A stretch of DNA of 64,000 nt from Eledone cirrhosa (Eukaryota). The stretch is from positions 182,900,001 through 182,964,000 of the forward strand of contig OZ024743.1 in NCBI GenBank assembly GCA_964016885.1. The letters are read 5' to 3'. Shown one piece after another: positions 28,591-43,041 of the stretch. The position numbers and the translations under genes are program-made. Numbering within the stretch: the first letter of the stretch is position 1; every line of letters starts with the position of its first letter. The notes under the pieces were generated by a model that was not told the origin of the DNA, searched no databases, and saw nothing but the letters and a program-made list of their open reading frames with translations.

Positions 28591-28813
28591 GTGTATATAT
28601 ATATATGTGTGTGTATATATATATATGTGTATATATATATATATGTGTGTGTGTATATATATATGTGTATATGTGTGTGTATATGTATATATATATGCGT
28701 ATATATATGTCTATATATATATGTGTGTGTATATATGTATATATATATATATGTGTGTATATATATGTGTATATGTGTGTATATATATATGTGTGTGTAT
28801 ATATATGTGTGTG

Positions 28814-28844
<31 letters not shown>

Positions 28845-28994
28845 GTATATATATATATGTGTGTATATATATATGTATATATATATGCGTGTATATATAT
28901 GTGTCTATATATATACGTGTATATATATGTGTGTATATATGTGTGTATTTATGTGTGTATATATATGTGTGTATATATATATGTGTATATATAT

Positions 28995-29351
28995 GGCGTC
29001 ACGCAGTAATACAGGGTACCCGACCTCTCATGGGTACAAGCTGAAGCATATAAACAATATGCCCCCACACCTCCCACTGCAAGGTGGTCGTGGAGGTGCC
29101 ACGGCAAAAAAGCACCCAGCCCACACTGTAAAGTGGACGTGTAGGCGCCACGAAAAAGCACCCAGCACTCACTGTAAATGAGGTTGGTGTTAGGAAGGGC
29201 ATCCAGCTGTAGAAATCAAGCCAGATCAGTTCCTGTATGAGCAAGGCATGGTCAGCCGACCAGACACTGCCCACAACAGGACAACCCGTCTAACCCATGC
29301 TAGCGTGGAAGAACGGACGTAAAACGGTGATGATGATGATGATGATGATGA
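28995..29351 (+). mobile_element. RTE-A 3' fragment
   Basis: Matches 22614-22965 and ends in (GAT)n. Confidence 0.9.
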
Positions 29352-31579
29352 TATATATATATGTGTGTATATATGTGTGTGTATATATGTGTGTATATAT
29401 ATATGTGTATATATATATATATGTGTGTGTATATAGATATATACATATAGAAATGACGATGGGATGGGTGGTGTAGGTATACTACTAGCCGACAAGTGGG
29501 TAGATAAAGTAATCTCAGTGTACAGGGTAAATGCAAGAATTTTTAAACTCAGACTAGTCCTGAATAAAACAATTACCACAATAATACCAGCTTACGCACC
29601 CCAATCGGGGTTGCCAGACGAACTTAAGGATAGGTTTTACGAGTCCCTAATGCACACTACTGCTCTAACAAACGACAATGACTTCCTAATCATCGCAGGA
29701 GATTTTAACAGAAACATAGGTAAACACTGCGACTGCTTCAATAGAGTCCATGGAGGCCATGGGGTTGGCACAAGAAATGAGGAAGGATTCAGACTTCTAG
29801 AATTCTCCGACGCCAATGACATGTCGATATGTAACACAAACTTCAAAAAACCCGACAACCACCTGATCACCTATAGATCAAAGGAGCACTCTAGTCAGAT
29901 AGATTTTATCCTCATCAGAGGACGTGACAGATGGACGGTCGTAAACACAAAAGCCTTCTCTAGTGAGGAATGTACATCCCAACATAGCTTAGTTGTCAGT
30001 GACCTCACAGTCAGAACTAGACGAACCTGGAAACAGAGGCCAACCCGGAGAAGAAAGATCTGGAAGCTGAAAGACCCCTCAACCAGTAACAGATTTAAAA
30101 ATATTTTACTCAACGCCTACGACAGTAAAGAAGAACAGATACAGACATTCAATGTAGAAGAGAACTGGGAGTTCCTAAAAAATAACTTACTAGAGGCGAC
30201 GGATGAGGTCTGTGGCTGGAGTAAGACCTCAAGCAGGAGGAGAGTGACTTGGTGGTGGAACAATAAGGTAGATGAGGTAGTTAAGTCTAAGAGACAGGCA
30301 TGGAAAGAATAGAAGAACGGGGGGAGCAGAGTACATTACATAGAGACCAAGAGGGAAGCTAGGCGACAAATATACTTAGCTAGGAGGGAAGCAGAGGATA
30401 GAAAATTCAAGCATGTTTTGCAACGTGAGGACCAGAAACAGGAGGTGTTCAAGATTGCGAGGCAGTGTGTCAGAGAGAATTGTGATGTCATTGGAGAGAA
30501 GTGTATCTGGAATGATAAAGGTGAGCTTGCCCTCACAAGTGCTGAGAAGAAAGATGCATGGAAGAGTCATTATGATAGATTACTAAATGAGGAGAATACA
30601 TGGGAAGAAGAGACCCTACCCCAAGTAGACCCTATAGAGGGGCCAGCAGTACAAGTCAGCAGCAGCGTAGTAAGTAAGGCAATCAAAGATATGAAGATGG
30701 GGAAGGCAACCGGTCCATCGGGTATAGCTGCCGAGATGCTGAAGGCATCTGGGTCTGTAGGTCACACTATAACCACACGTATTGTTAACCAGGTAATACT
30801 AGGTGTCATACCAAAAGATTGGTGCAGTAGCATCATTGTCAACTGCTACAAAGGTAAAGGTGATGCACTAGATAGAGGAAACTATAGAGGTATAAAGCTG
30901 ATGGACCAGGTCATGAAAGTAACAGAAAGAGTTATAGCACAGTTGATTAGGGACCGGGTAAAACTAGACGAGATACAATTTGGGTTTGTACCAGGAAGAG
31001 GCACCACTTGTCAGGCAGTTACAGGAAAAGTACCTAGCTAAAAGTAAGCTACTCTACCTGGCATTTGTCGACCTTGAGAAAGCCTTTGACAGAGTTCCAC
31101 ATGCTGTAATCTGGTGGGCTCTTAGAAAACTAGGAGTAGATGAATGGCTTGTGAAAGTGGTACAAGCCATGTATAGGGGAGCAGTCAGCAAAGTTAGGAT
31201 TAGCAATGAGTATAGCGAAGAATTTAGCGTACAGGTTGGGGTCCACTAGGGCTCTGTTCTTAGCCCCCTCCTGTTCATCATAGTCCTGCAGGCAATAACG
31301 GAGGAGTTTAAGACCGGATGGGAACTCCTGTATGCTGATGACCTCGCACTTATAGCTGAATCTATGGTAGAACTAGAGAAGAAATTTCAAACTTGGAAGC
31401 AGGGACTAGAAAGAAAGGGTCTCAAAGTCAACATGACAAAGACTAAGGTCCTTGTAAGTAGATGAGAAAACAGAACCCAGATCCCCTCAGGGAAATGGCC
31501 TTGCTCAGTATGTAGGAACTCCATTCTCTGCCCCAAATGCAAACAATGGGTACACAAGAGATGTAGCAGGATCTCAGGA

Positions 31580-34500
31580 TGCTGCCAGCTCAGCCAAAGA
31601 CCTAGGCTGTGTTCCCCCAAAGGGTGCTCTCCGCCTTGGTCGACCTGGTCCAAAACCCAGACTCATCAGGCTGTCTTTTTCGGACCCCGCAGAGGCAACC
31701 TCATATCATCTGGCCTCTGCTAAAGCTGGGCGTGAAAATCGGATTACCTTCCGAACACGCCCAGGCCTACCACCCTATGTACGTCCAAAGCTACGTGCTG
31801 CAGCTTCCTTGAATCGGAACTCAGCACGAGATGAAAGTTTTAGTCTGCGTGATGATGGGCAGATCTGGAGGTTTGTCAAGGCTGGTGAAACGTGGAAGAG
31901 AGATACCAGCTGGTCTGAGTGTGATCTACCCACAATAACTGGCAATGTAAAAACTGCTACAACTCTGGGAAACTAAACCAGAACAACCTGCCACCCTCTA
32001 CACACCATCATAAACTGCGAGCAGGGTACAAATTGTTGTCCTTAAATGCTCGCAGTTTATGCAACAAGATACATCTGTTCGAATCCTACGTCAGAAGCAT
32101 TGACCCTGACTTCATCACAGTCACGGAAACATGGGCACATTCCTTACTCTGTGATGGGGTTTTCAGCATTACTGGGTACAACCTTTTCCCCAAGGACCGC
32201 ATTAACCGCCATGGTGGTGGTGTGATGGTCTACGTTCGTTCAAACTTTTCGGTAATTCCTTGCGTAGATTTGAACGAATCATAGGAAGAAGTTTTTTTCT
32301 GTGACATACGTATGACCATGTCAACACTTCTGCTTGGTGTTGTTTATCGCCCCCCAAACTACCATCAGGACACACAGTTTTGCGATATCCTCAGAGTTGC
32401 TGCCAAGAAAACAGCCACTTATGTGTTTATTGCAGGTGACTTCAATCATCCAGAGATCGATTGGAAAACCTTTCGTTGGCCACTAGGTGCAAACGATTTC
32501 CTTGAACTAGTGCTGGACTCAAACTGGTCACAAGTAGTCACCTCTCCAACAAGAGGTGACAACACTTTGGACCTGATCTTCACCACTGCTCCTGAAGTGG
32601 TTATCAGTTGTACTACTGAGGAACCTCTAGGCGACTCTGATCATGCTATGATCATTGCCAATCTGGCACTTGAGGGCAGCAACAAAAACCAGAGCCATCT
32701 CCAATCTGCTTGCTTTGATTGGAAGAGGGCGGATTGGAACTTGTACTGCACTGAGCTACAGCGCCCAAACTGGCATGAGATGTATAACTCTGGAGATGTG
32801 AACTCTATACTCCAGATCATCCTGGACTCAATATGGATAGCATGTGCAGTATCAGTGCCACGGAAGCGGAAAAATAACCACCCCAAAAGTGCAATCTGGG
32901 AAACTTCAGCGGTCCGACTTGCCAGGAAAGAACGTCGGAACGCTGAACGGGAATATAAACTGCATAGATCAGATGCCAACAGAAAAAAGCGGAATAAATC
33001 TTCTAACCATCTCAAGCAAGTGACAAAGAAGGCAGTGCTTGAATTTGAACAGTGCATCGCAACCAATCCTGACAGTAAGGTGTTCTGGAAATATGTTCAT
33101 TCAAAGCAGAGACCTCACTCTCCAGTTGGTCCTCTTCGCAATCCCCACACAAGCCAGATCACTGACGATCCCAAGGAATGCGCAGAACTCATTGTTGAGT
33201 GCTATGCAAGTATTTTTACTGTTGAAAACCAGAATGTACCATCTCCACCATCTCTAACATCAAATTCCATAACAACTATGGAATTTACACCTGCAATGTT
33301 GCGACGTCACCTTAAGAATAAGCGCAACTTTACCTCCCTGGTCTTGATGGTGCGACATACCTGCTTCTCAAACGTGGCGGGTATTTCCTTTTGCGCCAGC
33401 TTTCTTTCTTCTTTCAATACTGTCTCAACAATGGTGCTACTCCGGAGCAGTGGAAAACTGCCAGTGTCATTCCCCTGTTCAAAAAGGGCAACCGCATGTC
33501 ACCTGTCAACTATCGTCCAGTCAGTCTTACTAGCTGTATGGCCAAACTAATGGAATCCTGTGTCAGAGAAACACTTTGGAACTTCTGGAGCTCTCACAGC
33601 CTCATCCGGCCCTCACAGTTTGGATTTATCCCTAACTCCAGCTGCTGTGATCAGCTTATCGAGTTCCTTGAGGACATCACCCGGATCACTGACAGCAGCT
33701 CATGGGTGGATGTTGTTTACCTTGACTTTGCTAAGGCTTTTAATTCTGTGCCACACAAAAGACTTATGGCAAAACTCTCTGCAATGGGTGTGAGGGATGA
33801 TCTTTTCGACTGGTTGAAATCCTTCATTCTCAGCCGAAAAGAAGTAGTCACGGTTCTAGGACAGCATTCTTCACCATATGAGATGTCATCTGGTGTACCA
33901 CAGGGATCTGTTCTTGGTCCTCTTTTGTTTGTGGCATATATTAACGACATAGATGCCAACTTACAGAATGCCACGGTACTAAAATATGCAGATGACATCA
34001 AGCTGTACCTTGAAATCAAAAGGACTGATCCTGAAATTTACAACTCTTTCCTACAATCAGACCTGGACACAATGCAGCAATGGATCACAGACTGGCAACT
34101 GAAGCTGGCTGTGGACAAGTGTACCACCATGCATTTTGGAAGGAAAAATCCAGCGTCCACATACTCCCTCCACAACACTGATATCAAAAAGTCCTCTTGT
34201 GAACGTGACCTGGGCATTACTGTCAGCAACGATTTGCGTTGGACAAAGCATGTCTCTAAGATTGTCAAGAAGGCCGAGGGTGTCTTGGCATCACTCAGCA
34301 AGACCTTTGTTAGCCGCTCTCCAGCCATCTATTTAAAACTGTATACAGCTATGGTACGACCACACTTGGAATTCGCATCATCAGTCTGGAACCCCTATCT
34401 TGCTCAGAACATTGACCTCCTGGAAACTGTTCAGAGACGTGCAACCAAGCGCATACCCTCCATCAGACACCTACCATACTCTGAACGCCTTGCTTCCCTG

Positions 34501-35096
34501 GGCATGGATTCATTGAAGGTCCGACGTCTGGCAATGGACTTGGTGAATACCCACAAAGTTTTTAACCATCTCGCCAATTGCAACCCTGAGCGCCTCTTTG
34601 ATCTCCATGTGTCTAACACACGTGGACATGCCTACAAGATCAGAAAACAGCACAGCTCCCATGACTTTCGTAGACATTTTTTCACGCTCAGAGTTGCTGA
34701 AGCATGGAACAAACTGCCTGCGTCAATTGTTAGCTGCCGAGACACTGCATCCTTTAAGACACTCATGCTTCCCGAAATACGCCAAAACTACACCTGATGT
34801 ACCCCTTCCATACACATGCACACATGTGTGTATCATGACTCGTGCACTGTTCATTTTACTGATGTTTGTGCATTGCCCTATGTACTGTACATGCACTTTT
34901 TTGATGAGTTGTGGTGCACCTGGGCACTGTACACAATATTTCATTATTGTTATTATTATTATATCATGACTCGTACACTGTTCATTTTCCTGACATTTGT
35001 ACATTATTCTATGTACTATACATGCACCTTTGATGAGTTGTAGTGCACCTGAGCACTGTACACAATAATTTCATTATTATTTTTTTTTTTTTTTTA
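31580..35096 (+). mobile_element. CR1-clade LINE (ORF1 tail + APE-RT ORF2), inserted into RTE-A
   Basis: LNARSL..VTETW..GGGV..YRPP..GDFN..SDH; YLDFAKAF, GVPQGSVLGP, YADD, RPHLEFASSVWNPY, TRGH..FFTLRVAEAWNKLP. Duplicated about 130-bp 3' end with (ATT)n/T tail. Confidence 0.92.
32033..34797 (+). pseudogene. CR1 ORF2 (APE endonuclease + RT) with one stop (32282) and one frameshift (about 33340-33390)
   Basis: ORFs 32033-32284, 32312-33550 and 33391-34797 join into one APE-RT polyprotein. Confidence 0.88.
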
Positions 35097-36093
35097 TTAA
35101 TTAAGAATGAAGGCTTCACATGCAGCAGCTGTGCTGGGACAGCAAGCAGCAAACAGCCACAGGAAACAAGTACCACCAATCTCTGGGAGGGCTCTGTAAA
35201 AACAGTAGACAGCTTCTGCTACCTAGGTGACCGAATTAGCAGTGGAGGAGGGTGTTCAGAAAGTACAATAACTAGGGTAAGAACGGGATGGAAGAAGTTT
35301 AGGGAACTACTACCACTGCTAGCTGCAAAAGGCTTCTCCCTCAAAATGAAAGGCAGACTGTATGATGTGTGTATCCGAACAGCGATGTTGCATGGTAGTG
35401 AGACCTGGGCGCTGAAGCTGGAAGACTTATGTAGATTAGAGAGAAACGAAGCCTGCATGCTCCGATGGATGTGTAATAGTAATATAAGCAAACGACAAAG
35501 CATAAATGAATTGAGAGAAAGAGGAACCAAATGCTGTGTGCAGGAGAGGCGGTTGCGTTGGTATGGACATGTGATGCGTATGAAGGATGACAGCTGCATA
35601 AAAAGGTGCAGAGCACTAGAAGTCAATGGAAACCGCGGAGTGGGGAGACCCAAGATGACATGGGATGAGGTGATAAAAGCCGACCTTACCCAATTACACC
35701 TCTCAAAGGCGATGACACACGACTGTGATCTCTGGCGTCACGCAGTAATACAGAGTACCCGACCTCCCATGGGTACAAGCTGAAGCATAAAGACAATATG
35801 CCCCCCCCCACTGCAAGGTGGTCGTGGAGGTGCCACGGCAAAAAAGCACCCAGCCCACACTGTAAAGTGGACGTGTAGGCGCTACGAAAAAGCACCCAGC
35901 ACTCACTGTAAATGAGGTTGGTGTTAGGAAGGGCATCCAGCTGTAGAAATCAAGCTAGAATCAGTTCCTGTATGAGCAAGGCATGGTCAGCCGACCAGAC
36001 ACTGCCCACAACAGGACAACTCGTCTAACCCATGCTAGCATGGAAGAACGGACGTAAAACGGTGATGATGATGATGATGATGATACTTATATA

Positions 36094-36976
36094 CAGGGTG
36101 CGAACGATATTTGTTCGCAATTTTCAACTGCTAATTTTATGCAAATTTTTTTTACTTCCGTTGTCACTCTTGTCTTCATAAAAACAGTGACTATATTTCC
36201 ATTATTTATTTTCAGAATAATTGATTATGAATAATTTTGAACCTCCAAATTTGTGGAAGAGACACAGAGTTCTTCTTGGAATCTGCACCAGGAAGACAAA
36301 TAGGGAAATTCAGACTTTCTCAGCGTCAGCAGGAGAATGGTAGAAAAGGTCAGAAAGGAATTGGAAGATTCAGGATTCGACTACGAAGCAACATCAGAGA
36401 GGAAAACACATGATCGACGATCTGACGTCTTCAGAACGCCCGAGTTCTTCCCTGAGCTGAACACCGATGGCTACATCCGCGTTCTGAGCGAGGTAGTAAA
36501 GCCCTGGATCGACCAGGTAGCTGCAGGTAGGCTGTACGTGTGGTAGCAAGACTCGGCGTCCTGCCATAGCAGCCGAAAGACCCAAGCCTGGCTGTCAAAG
36601 GACTTCGTTGACCACACTTCACCTGACATCTGGCCTCCCAGCTCGCCTGACTGCAACCCCCTCGACTTCTTTGTGTGGGGCACAGTGGAACAAGACACCA
36701 ACAGATCTAGCTGCAATACGAAAGACGATCTGAAGGCCAGGATCACAAGTGCCTTTAGGGGCCTAAGTCGGGGGACAGTGACGAAGGCCTGTAGCCGGTT
36801 CCGAGGCCGCCTTGAGGCCGTCATTAAAGCCAATAGCGGGTTTATCGAGTGAGGTCGAAAGAACAAGTCATGAAGACAAACTGACCCAAGTTTGATAAAT
36901 AAATCTTAAAAAATAAAACTACTGTGTTATCTTTTCCTAGACAGTAATCTTGCGAGCAAATATCGTCCGCACCCTG
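36094..36976 (+). mobile_element. Internally deleted maT (DD37D) transposon
   Basis: CAGGGTG TIRs with TA flanks. Exactly 37 residues lie between the D of (Q)QD and the D of NPLD. Confidence 0.92.
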
Positions 36977-37261
36977 TATATACACACACACACACACATA
37001 TATACATATATACACACATATATACACACATATATACACACATATATATACACATATATATACACACATATATATATACACATACATATATATACACATA
37101 TATACACACATATATAAATATACACATATATATGTATATATACACACATATATATATACACACATATATATATACACACACATATATATACATACACACA
37201 CATATATATACACACACACACACATATATATATATACACACACACACACATATATATATAT

Positions 37262-37292
<31 letters not shown>

Positions 37293-37487
37293 CACATATA
37301 TTTATACACACATCATCTTCGTTTAACGTCCATTTTCCACGCTAGCATGGGTTATATATATATATATATATACACGCATATATATATATATATACACACA
37401 TATATATATATACACACACATATATATATATACACACACATATATATATACACACACACACATATATATATATATATACACACACAT

Positions 37488-38432
37488 ATCATCATCAACG
37501 TTTAACATCCATGTTCCACGCTTGCATGGGTTTGGACGGGGGTTTTCCCACTTGAGGCAAGAGTGATTGTCTTGGTCGCATAGGACTGTCTGGCAGGGTT
37601 TTCTACAGTTGGATGCCCTTCCTAACACCAACCACATTTACAGTGTGGGTCTGGGAGGTTTTTACCGTATTGCCTACACGGCCACATTACAGCGTGGACT
37701 GTCTGGTGGGTTTTCTACAGCTGGATGCCCTTCCTAACACCAACCACATTTACAGTGTGGGGCTGGGAGGTTTTTACCGTGTTGCCTACACGACCACATT
37801 ACAGCGTGGACTGTGTGCTTTTTTGTCGTTACACCTACACGATCTCATTTGTTTCGGCCTGGATGTTGTGGCACCAACATAACTTTACATTGAAAGGGGC
37901 GGTGTGGATGGGGTGGGGGTGGTGGGACGGGGGTGTATTTTGTTAGAGATGCCTACTGACTGTAGTAGGTTTTACTTTGTATTTAGGTAAGGCGGGTCTT
38001 CTCTATTACTGAGTACCGCCAAAGGTCTCGGTCCAGTGACATTGTCTTGGAGAGGTGTAAGTGTGTGAGGTCGGAATTTATCAGCTCGTCCCAGATTTTT
38101 CTGGGTCTGCCTACTCCGTGGCTACCGTCTATCTTTATTGCCCTGCACTTTTTTATACAGCTATCGTCTTTCATGCGCATCACGTGACCATACCAACGTA
38201 GCCTTCTCTCGAGTAAACAACATCTGATCCCTCTTATTTCTAATTTTTTCCTTAGTTCGTTTATGCTTTGCCGTTCACGTATATTACTATTACACATCCA
38301 GCAGAGCATGCATGCTTCGTTCCTCTCTAGTCTGCGTATATCCTCTGCACACAATGCCCAGGTCTTACTGCCATGCAACATTGCTGTTCGTATGCAGGCA
38401 TCATACAACCTGCCTTTCATTTTTAGGGAGAA
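37488..38432 (-). mobile_element. RTE-B 3' fragment
   Basis: ORF 37983-38501 ([15 protein letters not shown]) and a 3' UTR with a duplicated unit of about 110 bp. Confidence 0.92.
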
Positions 38433-38734
38433 CCCTACACACACATATATATCTGTAACAGAAACTTCAAAAAACATGAAAACCACTTGATCACCTATCA
38501 CTTGATCACCTGTGTGTGTATATATATGTGTATATGTGTGTGTATATGTATATATATATGTGTATATATATGTCTATATATATATATATGTGTGTATATA
38601 TGTATATATATATGTGTGTATATATATGTGTATATATGTGTATATATATATGTGTGTGTATATATATGTGTGTGTATATATATATATATATTTGTATATA
38701 TATATATATATCTGTATATATATACTATATTATA

Positions 38735-39320
38735 TTTAGAGATTAAACTCTTAGTTGTTTACAATTAATCAGCTCAAAGAAAGAGGCATTTCTGAGCAGT
38801 GAAATACAAGTTATATATTAATATTTATGATAAACCCAAAACGTGTTTGTATTGTAACAGACAAAGTTAGCTAGCATGAAATAAACTAATTAAAGTGAAT
38901 ACAATTTGTCTGTCTCGATATAAGTCAATAAAGACAAGCTTATATTGGCAAAGGCCGTGATTCCTGGACAAATTTAAATTTCAAAATCCAAACCCGCTCC
39001 GTAGATGAATTTGAACTTCGAAACCCAAATTTTATTTCAATTCCATTTCGATTCTCTTTATTTTTCAATTCATGTACCATCGTTGCGAAACATATTTGGG
39101 TTTCGAAGTTCTAATTCATCTACGGAGCGGGTTTGGATTTTGAAATTTAAATTTGTCCAGGAATCACGGCTTTTGCCAATATAAGCTTGTCTTTATTGAC
39201 TTATATCGAGACAGACAAATTGTATTCACTTTAATTAGTTTATTTCATGCTGGCTAACTTTGTCTGTTACAATACAAACACGTTTTGTGTTTATCATATA
39301 TATTAATATATAACTTGTAT
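38735..39320. mobile_element. Fold-back mini-element with about 70-bp tail
   Basis: 227-bp inverted arms at 38804-39030 and 39094-39320, (TA)n on both sides. No canonical hammerhead core seen. Confidence 0.75.
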
Positions 39321-39452
39321 ATATATATATGTATATATATATATGTGTATATATATGTGTCTATATATATACGTGTATATATATGTGTGTATATATGTAT
39401 GTATTTATGTGTATATATATATGTGTGTATATATATATGTGTATATATATAT

Positions 39453-39801
39453 GGCGTCACGCAGTAATACAGAGTACCCGACCTCTTATGGGTAGAAGCT
39501 GAAGCATATAGACAATATGCCCTCACACCCTCCCACTGCAAGGTGGTCGTGGAGGTGCCACGGCAAAAAAGCACCCATCCCACACTGTAAAGTGGATGTG
39601 TAGGCACCACGAAAAAGCACCCAGCACTCACTGTAAATGAGGTTGGTGTTAGGAAGGGCATCCAGCTGTAGAAATCAAGCCAACTCAGTTCCTCTATGAG
39701 CAAGGCATGGTCAGTCGACCAGACACTGCCCACAACAGGACAACCCGTCTAACCCATGCTAGCATGGAAGAACGGACGTAAAACGGTGATGATGATGATG
39801 A
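39453..39801 (+). mobile_element. RTE-A 3' fragment
   Basis: Same 5' truncation point (GGCGTCACGCAG) as the 28995 copy. Confidence 0.9.
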
Positions 39802-40470
39802 TATATATATATGTGTGTATATATGTGTGTGTATATATGTGTGTATATATATATATGTGTATATATATATATATATGTGTGTGTATATAGATATGTGTGT
39901 GTGTGTATATGTATATATGTGTATATATGTGTGTATATATATATGTGTGTATATATAATTATGTGTGTGTGTATATATATATATATGTGTATATATATAT
40001 ATGTGTGTGTGTGTATATATGTGTGTGTGTATATGTGTGTGTATATATATATGTGTGTGTATATATATATATGTGTGTGTGTATATATATATATGTGTGT
40101 ATATATATATGTGTGTGTATATATATATATATGTGTGTGAATATATATATATATATGTGTATATATATATATGTGTGTGTGTATATATATATGTGTATGT
40201 TTGTATATATATACATATATGTGTGTATATATATATATATGTGTATATATATATGTGTGTGTATATATATATCTGTGTCTATATATATGTGTTTTTGTAT
40301 ATATATGTGTGTGTGTATATATATATGTGTGTGTATATATATATATGTGCATATATATATATATATGTGTGTATATATGTGTGTATATATGTGTGTATTA
40401 TATGTGTGTATATATGTGTATATATATATCAGTGTGTATATATGTGTGTATATATATATATGTGTATATA

Positions 40471-40545
<75 letters not shown>

Positions 40546-40576
40546 GTATATATACACACACATATATATATATACA
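39802..40576. repeat. (TA)n/(TG)n compound microsatellite
   Basis: Directly visible in the sequence. Confidence 0.95.
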
Positions 40577-41348
40577 TTAGAAATAAGAGGGATCAGATGT
40601 TGTTTACTCGAGAGAAGGCTACGTTGGTACGGTCACGTGATGCGCATGAAAGACGACAGCTGTATAACAAAGTGCAGGGCAATAAAGATAGACGGTAGCC
40701 ACGGAGTAGGCAGACCCAGAAAAACATGGGACGAGCTGATAAATTCCGACCTCACACACTTACACCTCTCCAAGACAATGTCACTGGACCGAGACCTTTG
40801 GCGGTACTCAGTAATAGAGAAGACCCGCCTTACCTAAATACAAAGTAAAACCTACTACAGTCAGTAGGCATCTCTATCAAAACACCACCCCCCGTCCCAC
40901 CACCTCCACCCCACCCACACCGCCCCTTTCAATGTAAAGTTATGTTGGTCCCACAACATCCAGGCCGAAACAAATGAGATCGTGTAGGTGTCACGACAAA
41001 AAAAACACACAGTCCACGCTGTAAATGTGGGCTGTGTAGGCAACACGGTAAAAACCTCCCAGCCCCACACTGTAAATGTGGTTGGTGTTAGGAAGGGCAT
41101 CCAGCTGTAGAAAACCCGCCAGACAGTCCACGCTGTAATGTGGCCGTGTAGGCAACACGGTAAAAACCTCCCAGACCCCACACTGTAAATGCCGTTGGTG
41201 TTAGGAAGGGCATCCAACTGTAGAAAACCCGCCAGACAGTCCTATGCGAGCAAGACAATCACTCTTGCCTCAAGTGGGCAAACCCCCGTCCAAACCCATG
41301 CAAGCGTGGAACACGGACGCTAAACCTGATGATGATGATGATGATGAT
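40577..41348 (+). mobile_element. RTE-B 3' fragment
   Basis: [16 protein letters not shown], then 3' UTR and (GAT)n. Confidence 0.92.
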
Positions 41349-41369
41349 ATACACACACTTATATATATA

Positions 41370-41550
41370 GCTTGTTCGCTTCTATGGCTTTGTGGTTCAT
41401 GGTTTAACCATCGTTTCAGTGTGTTTGGCCTTTTAACTTATGTTGTTGCTCTAGTTCACTCGTTTTCATTGAGCGCTTGCCACACATTTCGGAAGTTGTT
41501 TTTGCTAATTTCCAATATCCGAAATAATGCGATTCTCTCTAATTTATATT
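41370..41550. repeat. Short dispersed TA-embedded element (second copy at 55699-55880)
   Basis: About 180 bp, with only a few substitutions between the two copies. Confidence 0.75.
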
Positions 41551-41662
41551 TGTGTATATATATATACATATATATATATGTATATACATATATGTATATA
41601 TATATATATGTATATATATATGTATATGTATATTTATATATATGTATACATATATATATATG

Positions 41663-41693
<31 letters not shown>

Positions 41694-41708
41694 GTATATA
41701 TATATATG

Positions 41709-41739
<31 letters not shown>

Positions 41740-41761
41740 GTATATATATATATGTATATAT

Positions 41762-42378
41762 ATAAAGAATGAATAATAACAGGTAGACATCATAAAAAGG
41801 TAATTTATTCCGTGTGCTTACAAATGTTTCCACGGTGGTAATACAGCCTAGTTATGCTACGTGCAAATTTACAACTATTTGCAGAACTCAAATATCAAAT
41901 GCTGTGACCACTGTATCATCAGAGCAGAATGGTTAAAATATACAACGTAAAGTGAGGTTATTGGAGAAGATAGAGTAGAAAAGGAAGAGAGAAAAGTAGG
42001 GGAGAGGGAGAGAGAGAGAAAGATATGCAGAGGTTGGAGAAATAGGAGAGAGTGGTTTGTAGATATCTTAATCAAAATGTTATGGTAGGGGTTTTATTAT
42101 ATTTGAGTTCTGCAAATAGTTGTAAATTTGCACGTAGCATAACTAGGCTGTATTACCACCGTGGAAACATTTGTAAGCACACGGAATATATTACCTTTTT
42201 ATGATGTCTACCTGTTATTATTCATTCTTTATCTACACTCCGGAATACAGAAGGATCAGGAACTAAGTTTCTTCAACAATTCTTCCATAATTCGTTGAGT
42301 AACCTCTCACCGTACGTCAACCATATCCAGTGTAGTAATTAACCATTACTACATCTAGGATAATCCTATACCTAATAA
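41762..42378 (-). mobile_element. Fold-back mini-element with about 145-bp tail on the right
   Basis: 134-bp inverted arms at 41762-41895 and 42099-42232. Purine tract in the spacer and a minus-strand CTGATGA at about 41916-41922. Confidence 0.72.
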
Positions 42379-42422
42379 TGTATATATATGTATATATATA
42401 TATATGTATATATGTATATATA

Positions 42423-42453
<31 letters not shown>

Positions 42454-42491
42454 GTTGTGTGTATATATATAAGTCTGTGTGTATATATATA

Positions 42492-42522
<31 letters not shown>

Positions 42523-42931
42523 GTGTGTGTATATATATGTGTATATATATGTATATATATATGTGTGTATATGTATATATATATGTGTGTGTATATATAT
42601 ATGTGTGTATATATATATGTGTGTGTATATATATATGTATATATATATATGTGTGTGTGTGTATATATATATATGTCTATATATATATATATGTGTGTGT
42701 ATATGTATATATATATATGTGTGCGTATATGTATATATATATATGTGTGCGTATATGTATATATATATGTGTGTGTATATGTATATATATATATGTGTGT
42801 ATGTGTATATGTGTGTATGTGTATATGTATATATATATGTGTGTATATGTATATGTATATGTATATGTGTGTATATGTATTTATATATATGTGTGTATAT
42901 GTATATATATATATATATATATGTGTATATG

Positions 42932-43001
<70 letters not shown>

Positions 43002-43041
43002 TGTGTATATATATATGTATATATATATATACGTGTATATA

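Larger units (their letters stand above)
29452..36084 (+). mobile_element. RTE-A copy (APE + RT + PHD, disabled), split by a CR1 insertion
   Basis: APE motifs AYAPQ, GDFN, QIDFIL, SQHSLV. RT has a 14-bp deletion (about 31007) and stops. The copy resumes at 35097 inside the PHD finger. Confidence 0.92.

Noticed and set aside
31570-35105. Target-site duplication around the CR1 insertion
   Set aside because: Compared with the empty paralogous site (GGATGCTTAATTAAG at about 50900, minus strand), no clear duplicated target is visible.
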